A DNA stretch of 63,995 nt, filler included, from Stramenopiles sp. TOSAG23-6 (lineage: Eukaryota): the NCBI GenBank assembly GCA_900128565.1. It is 5 parts of 5 records of this genome, joined end to end, with 100 filler letters (N's around TTAATTAATTAA, not from the genome) between each part and the next. Parts side by side here need not be neighbours in the genome. Positions count along the whole stretch, not along the records: positions 53,367 to 63,995 come from LT636298.1; 4 more parts are not named here. One strand, given 5' to 3'. Position numbers and translations under genes: made by a program. A model generated the notes under the pieces. That model was not told where the DNA came from. It saw only the letters and a list, made by a program, of their open reading frames with translations, and ran no database searches. Below, in pieces: positions 57,115 to 63,995 of this stretch. Positions within the stretch are counted from its first letter, which is position 1, and every line of letters begins with the position of its first letter.

Positions 57115-60100
57115 ATGGCGCAATTTCCTGGTGGGGGTCTTTTGACACCAGGACTTTCAGCAAAACTGTATGGACGTCGTACAAGTCAAGAAACACCCAG
57201 ACAGTGTGAACCTCAAGGACGACTAAATTTTGGCAGCACTCCAGACCATAGGAATATGGATACAACGCAAGCATATACTCCTGCAGTACGACAGTATTCA
57301 GCATCAGATAAAATGCATACAGGCAGACGTACATCATTGACTAATGAAAATGCCGGTACAAAATTTTCTTTCACGCCTGCTGTAGATAGAGACGGAAACT
57401 TTGTTACTAATGACGACGACAGCTTTGATCCTCGGTTTGACGCCCCTTCCCTTTTTCCTTCTGATTCACGACCAACAATTCCAGAATCAACTCATCGTGA
57501 ACAAGCAACATTGAATGCGGGTCATTGTGAGTTTGTTTCTCTGGATTTACTTCAAAAATTTCGAGAATCTTTAGACTCTAGTCGTGAGAATAGTGACTTT
57601 GGAAATTTGCTCCACTTATATGAAACACACTGTGACGAAGCTGTTCAGAAATTAGTAGATAATTGTCCTCGGCGTGGTGGAGAATGGGACAGAGAAGAAG
57701 TGCAAAGACAAACTGAATTCTGTTCGCAACTAAAGCTTGAACGTGATACGTGGCAGTTATTAAGGGGGATACATGACCTTCGACAAGAATTAGCCATAGT
57801 CCCACCATATGACCCTACAACAGCAACGTGTGGAACATCAGCAGATGCCATATCTGATGCTTACGCACAGAACCATGTACTCCAATTACTTCATCGTGTA
57901 CGTGATTGGCTTCAATTATGTGCACGACCTCACTTGCCGCTTTGGAAGCAACCACCAACACCTGCACGAAATCTAGGTTCTTGGCCTGGAACATTTCAAA
58001 CACAGAAGGAAAATGCACTCAAGGAAAGTAATCAACAAAAAAACTATGCAAATAGAGGTAATGCTATGCAAAGTTCAGCAAAACAAAACATGAAATCAGT
58101 CTATTCTGGTGTTGATCCTGATATGTGCTTTCGAGGTGGTCAGTTGAGTGCGACAGACCTGTCTACTGAAACAGAGCTTTTATTAAGTATATGGCAATGT
58201 CTTCGCGCAGGTGACTTACAACGAGCTCAACAGGTTTGTCGACAACATAGTCAGTCATGGCGCGCGGCCTCTTTAGATGGTGACTGTCCCTTACATGATA
58301 TTATTGATACAAATCAGATGAATCAAGATGATAATAATTCCGTCAGACCTGCGACGAATGTATCAAGTGGAGGGAGAAGGACACGAAGTGGTAATGCTCA
58401 TAGATGGTTATGGAAAGCCTCATGCTGGGAAATATCTGAAAAACAGTGGAAAGCTGGGAGACATCAGAATAATCATGAATGTAGAATAGAAAATCATCAA
58501 AGAACTTCAGATTCATCAAGTGCATCTGAATTAGAAAGTATTATATATGCTACATTATGTGGCAATATTAATGTACTAATGCAATCTAAATATTGTGCTA
58601 CATGGAATGATCAGTGCTGGGCACTTATTGGATCAATTTTGCAAGTAGCAGAAGATTCAGTTCTACTGTCTCACAGAGAAGACCAATTGTTTAAAAGCCG
58701 ATTTCTCCCTGGTCCATATACTCTAAAATATGCACAATTACAGCAACAACGTACTGCAAATATTAGACAGATGGAAGCTGATATTGGTAAATTATTTAAA
58801 CGTCTCCTAAATAATTCTTCTACTAGTGTAAGTGAAGAAGCGCATTCAATATTTCGTATAGTTCAAGCAAGCGTAATTCTCCGAGTATCAAATATTCTTT
58901 CAGCAGCTCAGAATGAAAACAAAAATGAAAACAAAAATGAAAACAAAAATGAAAACAAAAATAATAATAATAATGATACTGTAATGAGTGATGCCTCCTC
59001 TTGTGACACAAAATTAATCTCTACAAATGAATCTATTTCTTTAGTTGTTGATTTAGTCAATGACGTCATTCGACCTATTCTGGATGATCCCGTTAGAGTT
59101 TCGCCTGTCCATCTTCGATTTGTTGCTCATTTAGTTTTATATCTAAAAACGTTGGATCAAAATAACTCGCAATTTTCGGAAATTTCAAAGGAAAGTAGAT
59201 CTGTTACGTATCATGTATGTGATGATATTATAGAAACGTATATTGAACACTTAGGTGCCGCAGGAAGACTTTGTGATGTGCCATTATATGCCATGTATTT
59301 ACCTACTAAAAGACGGATCAGTGTGTTTGCGTCAATTTTGGAGAGGATTCATGATACAAAAGAGAGAACAGATTGTTTAAATGAAGCTAGAAAATATTTT
59401 CCAGATGATTTGAGTATTGTCACAACATCTGTTGTACAGCAAATTATGTACGTTTTTGTTATTATTTTCAAAATTCAAAATTCTGTACTGTTTTTTGTAC
59501 CTAACAAATTGTAAATATTTTTGAAATATTTTTTTTCCAATGCATGGCAACTCCTCGAATTCCTAAAAATAAGCAAAACAGTCAACGTTTATTATCAACA
59601 ACTCCAGCGAGACATCTCTCACCATTAGGTAAATCATTTAATAATCGTGGTGACAATGCTCAGGATGATACATTTGATATAAACATGAACAAAACTCTGT
59701 ACAATTTGACGAATGAAACGATTGAAAATCATTCTACTGAATTTGATGATGATGATGATGATGGAAATTTCACTACAAATGATATGGAGCGTCTTAATGT
59801 CGTTCGTTGGTTATGTTCGTCATCACAACAACAATATGAAAACATCAGTAAAGATGCCGAAAGAAATGCCGCTGAGATGGAGTTGAATCGAACACAGATT
59901 CAAACTGACGAAGATGCTGCACTATTAGATGAGACGATTCAAACACAGATGCAACAGCAAGAAATCAGATTACGACAAGTATTGAGTCAATGTAAAGAAG
60001 CTGTTTCACAATCTAATAATCTTATGCTTGAATTTGTATCTTCCTGTGATTCAACAGGTTGTTGGGAGAGTAAACTTCCCGCCGCGCGTAAATTACTTAT

Positions 60101-61064
60101 TGGTGATGAAGAAAATGAGGGTTCAATTATACAGTCACAAAAAGATAAATTAAAAAATCTTCCAGAAGGTTCGATGCTTTTACCTGGTTGCTTGTCGTTG
60201 TTGGAAAAAGCTAAAGAAGATTTTGAAATGAGAGAAGAAGAGACGGGGATATGTGACGATGGTATTCAAGAAATAACCGATTTAATAGCTGAGCATCAAT
60301 GTTGGAAAGATTTCTTACATGCATATATTTCATGGACAAATTGGAATAATTGCATTTCTTCACCAAATAATAGAAATGCACCATTTCTTACTGTCGATCA
60401 ATCGTCTACAACAAATGGTACAAATAAACTGACAACTGAAACGACTCACTCGATTGAAAGTACTCTACAGAAAGAAGAACATATTCGAAATTATTTAGTT
60501 AACGCAACTCGTGCACAGACTAATGTCTTGGAATGTGTACGATTAACTTGTGCTTCCTTTAAAACAATTTTATTAGGAAATTCTGTTGGAAAAAGTCAGA
60601 ATACAAGTAGTAGTAGTAGTAGACCTTGGCTAATTTCATCAGATGAATTGGATGAAAATTATGTATCTGCTGATGAAGAATATATCATTCGAAAAAGAAA
60701 TCTTCTTGGTGTCAGAAATTGCCAAATTCCAAGAATTGCGCGATTTTATCATAAAGTTCTTCATGATAGCGCACTTTGGCTTTTACAATTTGTATCTCCC
60801 AGTCAAATATCAGAAAATACCGAAGATTTATCAAATAACTCAATGCAAGCTGCTGAAATTTTGTTTCAAGAGGCTTTCTGTGCAGCTAATATGATTGCTA
60901 GTGAAGATGGAAGGTTATATGCTGCATTTTCATCTGAACAATTATGCGCATTTTTAGGTGATATTAGGCAGTCTTCTGTACAATTGTTGGAAATTCGTGG
61001 AACAAAAATGTTCCCTAACCCACGTTCAACACAGCATGTTGTTTCTGCCACGTCTGGTATTTAA
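57115..61064 (+). CDS. NUP107: Nuclear pore complex protein Nup107/Nup84 (2 exons)
   Basis: LERDTWQLL, VRDWL, DPD, LRAGDLQRAQQVC..QSWRAASLDG, GNAHRWLWK, ESIIYATLCG, TWNDQCW, LRFVAHL. Confidence 0.88.
59448..59545 (+). other. Family intron, GT..AT (98 nt)
   Basis: ATT AT|GTACGT...TTCCAATGCAT|G GCA; joins two long ORFs. Confidence 0.87.
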
Positions 61065-61686
61065 TATTGATAGTAATAAACCAATTGAAATGAAAATGGT
61101 ACCTAAATACATTTTATTTTTTCCTTTGAAGTTCTAACATGCTCAATAACTGACAATTTTATGAGAACGCATCACCAAGTCAAAAAGAAATATTTGATAA
61201 TTAATTTTATATTCAATCAAGTCAATGTTTACTCTCAAAAACCCGTAGGAAAGGATAATAGTTTTATAAATTGATGACCATCAAACTATTTCATCCATTG
61301 AGTACACTAATCAAAATAAATTACATATCTTTTTATATATGTCAGCATCGCAGCAATAAAATTTCTTCATTGGTTCATTACTTCCATATTCAAATCTATT
61401 TTTTTCTCTTTTTCCTAATTTTTTCTGTGTTTTTTATTTTTCCCAATTTTGCATGCATTATTTTTTTATTTTTCCTAATTTTTATATTGTTTTTTTATTT
61501 TTCCTAATTTTTCACCTTGTATTGATATACACGTAATATACCTTCCAAAACTAAAATGTTGACTATTTATTCACAAGCTCTTTAGTACTTATTCTCCACT
61601 TACTCGATATTAGTACTGAACTATTTTTCATCAATATGATAGCTTATGTAAAATACTAGGGTAGATTGATATTGTTGATCCTTACG

Positions 61687-63942
61687 CTAAGATTGCGACG
61701 CGGCGAGGGCGGTACGAAACAGCTCTGTACCCTTTCGTGCCAGCATCTTTTTCTCAACTGCATCATCGATTTCTTTTTTGGACGTTTCAAGTTTACTTTT
61801 AATTTGCTTAACTTCAGCTCTTGCTTGACGACCACGTTCAATAGCTTGAAGTTTTGTTGCAGCTTTCTCTCGTCGTTGCATTTCGGCAACTTCCTCTGCT
61901 GCTTTCTGCTCAGCTTTTGCCCATAGTTTCTCAAGCTCCGCATATGGCGACATAGGAGGTGTAGCAGCACGCTGAGCACGCTTAGCAGCAGCAGCAGCAA
62001 TCTTAGCAAAATCAACAGCCTCAGTAGCAGCATTTCGAGCAGCTGTACGATGGGGTAGGTATCCATGCAACCAATCTACAAAATCCATTTTATCTTCCTG
62101 ATACATCAAAGGATTGAATGTTGAATTTTGTACAAATTTCGATTTCGATATTTTTTTGAATGCACCGTTACTCGAATTCTTGTGATTCAGCTGATATTCA
62201 TTTTCTGGTGACATGAGTTGTAGTAGATGCAAAACAGACATTGCCTTTTTGCTTACCATATGTATTTTGGAAAAATATTTCAAAAAAAATCGTTAGGTAC
62301 AAAATTTCGTACGAAAAAAAAATCGAATTTGAAAAAAAATAAAACATACATGATTCACTCCATAAGGTTCAGTAATGGAGTCTAATTTATGAACCCTTTG
62401 ATACACCCTAGTCGCGAAATTTTCAACTTGTGATGCACGATTAACCGGTTGGTCAAAACATAATGCTGTGCTAATTTCACCAACTTCACCTTTGAGATCT
62501 CTTACCAAATTGACAAATTTTGTGCAAAACTTTGGATAATTCACACAATTATAAAACATAATATGCTTTGGAAGTTTTGTAAAAACATCTAACATCCTCT
62601 TAATAAGTGCAAAGCTATCAAAACCCTGTGGTCGATTAACACTAAACACAGATATATCATCTCTTGCTGGTGCTGAGGCTGGTGCTGGTGCTGGAGTGTA
62701 AACCTTTAAATGAGGCACTTCATTCGGGTTGCGACCTAGCTGACAATGACCATCACAATGACCTGTCACAATTAGCCAGTCATGAGCTGAAGGTGTAAAT
62801 TTCTTTTTGATATGATCAAATTGATCAATTTGAAGTAACACAACTTCACGACCTTGTTTTTCTAATTGTTTTTTAAAATATACAGATGTCCTTCCTTCAT
62901 TTGTATTAGTTAGAGTCAAGATAAATACTCTCTGTCCAGTTTTTCGATGAACTTTATTATCAATTTTACGTGTAACACGATTACCGGAAATAGGCTGTGA
63001 ATTGTGTAAATTGTTGTCTACATCAGCAATGCGTTGTTCAATATCGATGATGAGCTTTTTGTTCTCAGAGTCGATCTGGGCTTTTTGGCTGACAAAGTCG
63101 AGCGGAGCAATGTTTTGTTTTATCTCGAAGTCGAGCCGAGCAATGATGTCTTTTAGACCTAGTTGTCGCGTAATGTCGGCAGAATCAGTTTTTTCTAACT
63201 GTTCTTTCCAACTAGCCTTCTCAGCTCTGAGTGATTGTATCTTTCGAAAAGCACTTTCGTCTACACGCTCGTCGTCATCTTCATCATTAAAATACTCGCT
63301 TTCAAGTACTTCACTTGCAGACAACCGATGTTCGTCCTCTGGTGTGACCATTTTCATGAGTAAATCAATGAATTGTGACTGCTGCTTCTGCGACATTCCA
63401 GGAAAGCGAATTGACTGAATAATAAACCACATTTTTTCCATTACAGAATTCAGATGGATATTTTCTCCCTTCTCTTCCGCTCCTGCTTTTGGTGTTGCAG
63501 CTTTTTCCTTACCTTCAGCACTCTGAATAGCAGCATTCTCTCGTCGCATTTGTTGAACTCTTGCTTGACGACCACGTTCAGCAGCCTGAATAGTTGTAGC
63601 AGCATTCTCTCGTTGCATTTGTTCAACTTTATCTCTTGCTTGACGACCACGTTCAGCAGTCTGAATAGCAGCATTCTCTCGTCGCATTTGTTGAACTCTT
63701 GCTTGACGACCACGTTCAGCAGTCTGAATAATTATAGCAGCATTCTTTCGTCGCATTTGTTGAACTTTATCTCTTGCTTGACGACCACGTTCAGCAGCCT
63801 GAATAGTTGTAGCAGCATTCTTTCGTCGCACTTGACGACCACGTTCAGCAGCCTGAATAGTTGTAGCAGCAATGTATTTCTCCAACTCCTTTGCTTTCTT
63901 CGACTCATTTGCTTCACGATCAAGGAAAACATAAAAAGGTTC
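61687..63942 (-). CDS. IQ-repeat protein, 5'-truncated (at least 3 exons)
   Basis: Tandem AATTIQAAERGRQAR IQ motifs at about 63500-63870 and one in the last exon. Confidence 0.75.
62260..62349 (-). other. Family intron, GT..AT (90 nt, near-consensus copy)
   Basis: AAT CAT|GTATGT...TTTCGTACGAAATTTTGTACCTAAC...CCAAAATACAT|ATG. Confidence 0.85.
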
Positions 63943-63995
63943 AGGTATTATGAAAAAATATTTCAAAAAAAAAAAACTCAAATTTGTTAGGTACA
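63943..63995 (-). other. Family intron 3' half (..CT), truncated by window end
   Basis: TGTACCTAAC...GAAATATTTTTTCATAATACCT|GAA. Confidence 0.7.

Noticed and set aside
940-61064. Alternative genetic code as the cause of ORF fragmentation
   Set aside because: TAA, TAG and TGA all end conserved genes at the expected places; the breaks coincide with intron copies.
8527-62349. U12-type AT-AC introns
   Set aside because: No RTATCCTT donor or TCCTTAAC branch site. Copies without an upstream AT (e.g. 41351) fit GT..AT better.
7374-63995. Family inserts as ciliate-like IESs excised at DNA level
   Set aside because: Every copy with an identifiable host is in the sense orientation, with donor, branch point and T-tract in order. 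DNA-level excision would not need that. It is not formally excluded without RNA data.

Overview
AT-rich, gene-dense eukaryotic DNA in the standard genetic code. It comes from a flagellated protist (NME7, EFCAB2/DRC8 and WDR31 homologs; TTAGGG-type repeats). A stramenopile-like origin is my inference only. The window is five contigs joined by artificial N-TTAATTAATTAA-N linkers. It holds about 30 protein genes, including a mitochondrial-type DNA ligase, cytochrome c peroxidase, a PH-domain dynamin, sphingosine-1-phosphate lyase, a Rad5-like SNF2 helicase, a giant SPRY/NHL/HECT ligase, an AFG2B-like AAA ATPase, lipoyl synthase, an SK-like K+ channel and Nup107. The standout feature is the intron system. 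I count 34 copies (30 complete, 4 truncated) of one sequence-related intron family, mostly 90-110 nt. The consensus is NN|GTAYGT...TTTCGTACGAAATTTTGTACCTAAC...AAATATTTTT(TCACA/CCAAA)ATAC-NN|. Restoring conserved protein motifs requires 28 of the 30 complete copies to end in AT (23) or TT (5) instead of AG, sometimes skipping a nearby AG. In 23 of 30 the last two intron bases repeat the last two exon bases, around a GTAY...RTAC inverted core. This looks like an introner-derived intron class with AG-independent 3' splice sites, coexisting with a few unrelated ordinary GT-AG introns. All splice sites are inferred by hand from reading frame and motif conservation; no RNA data were available.
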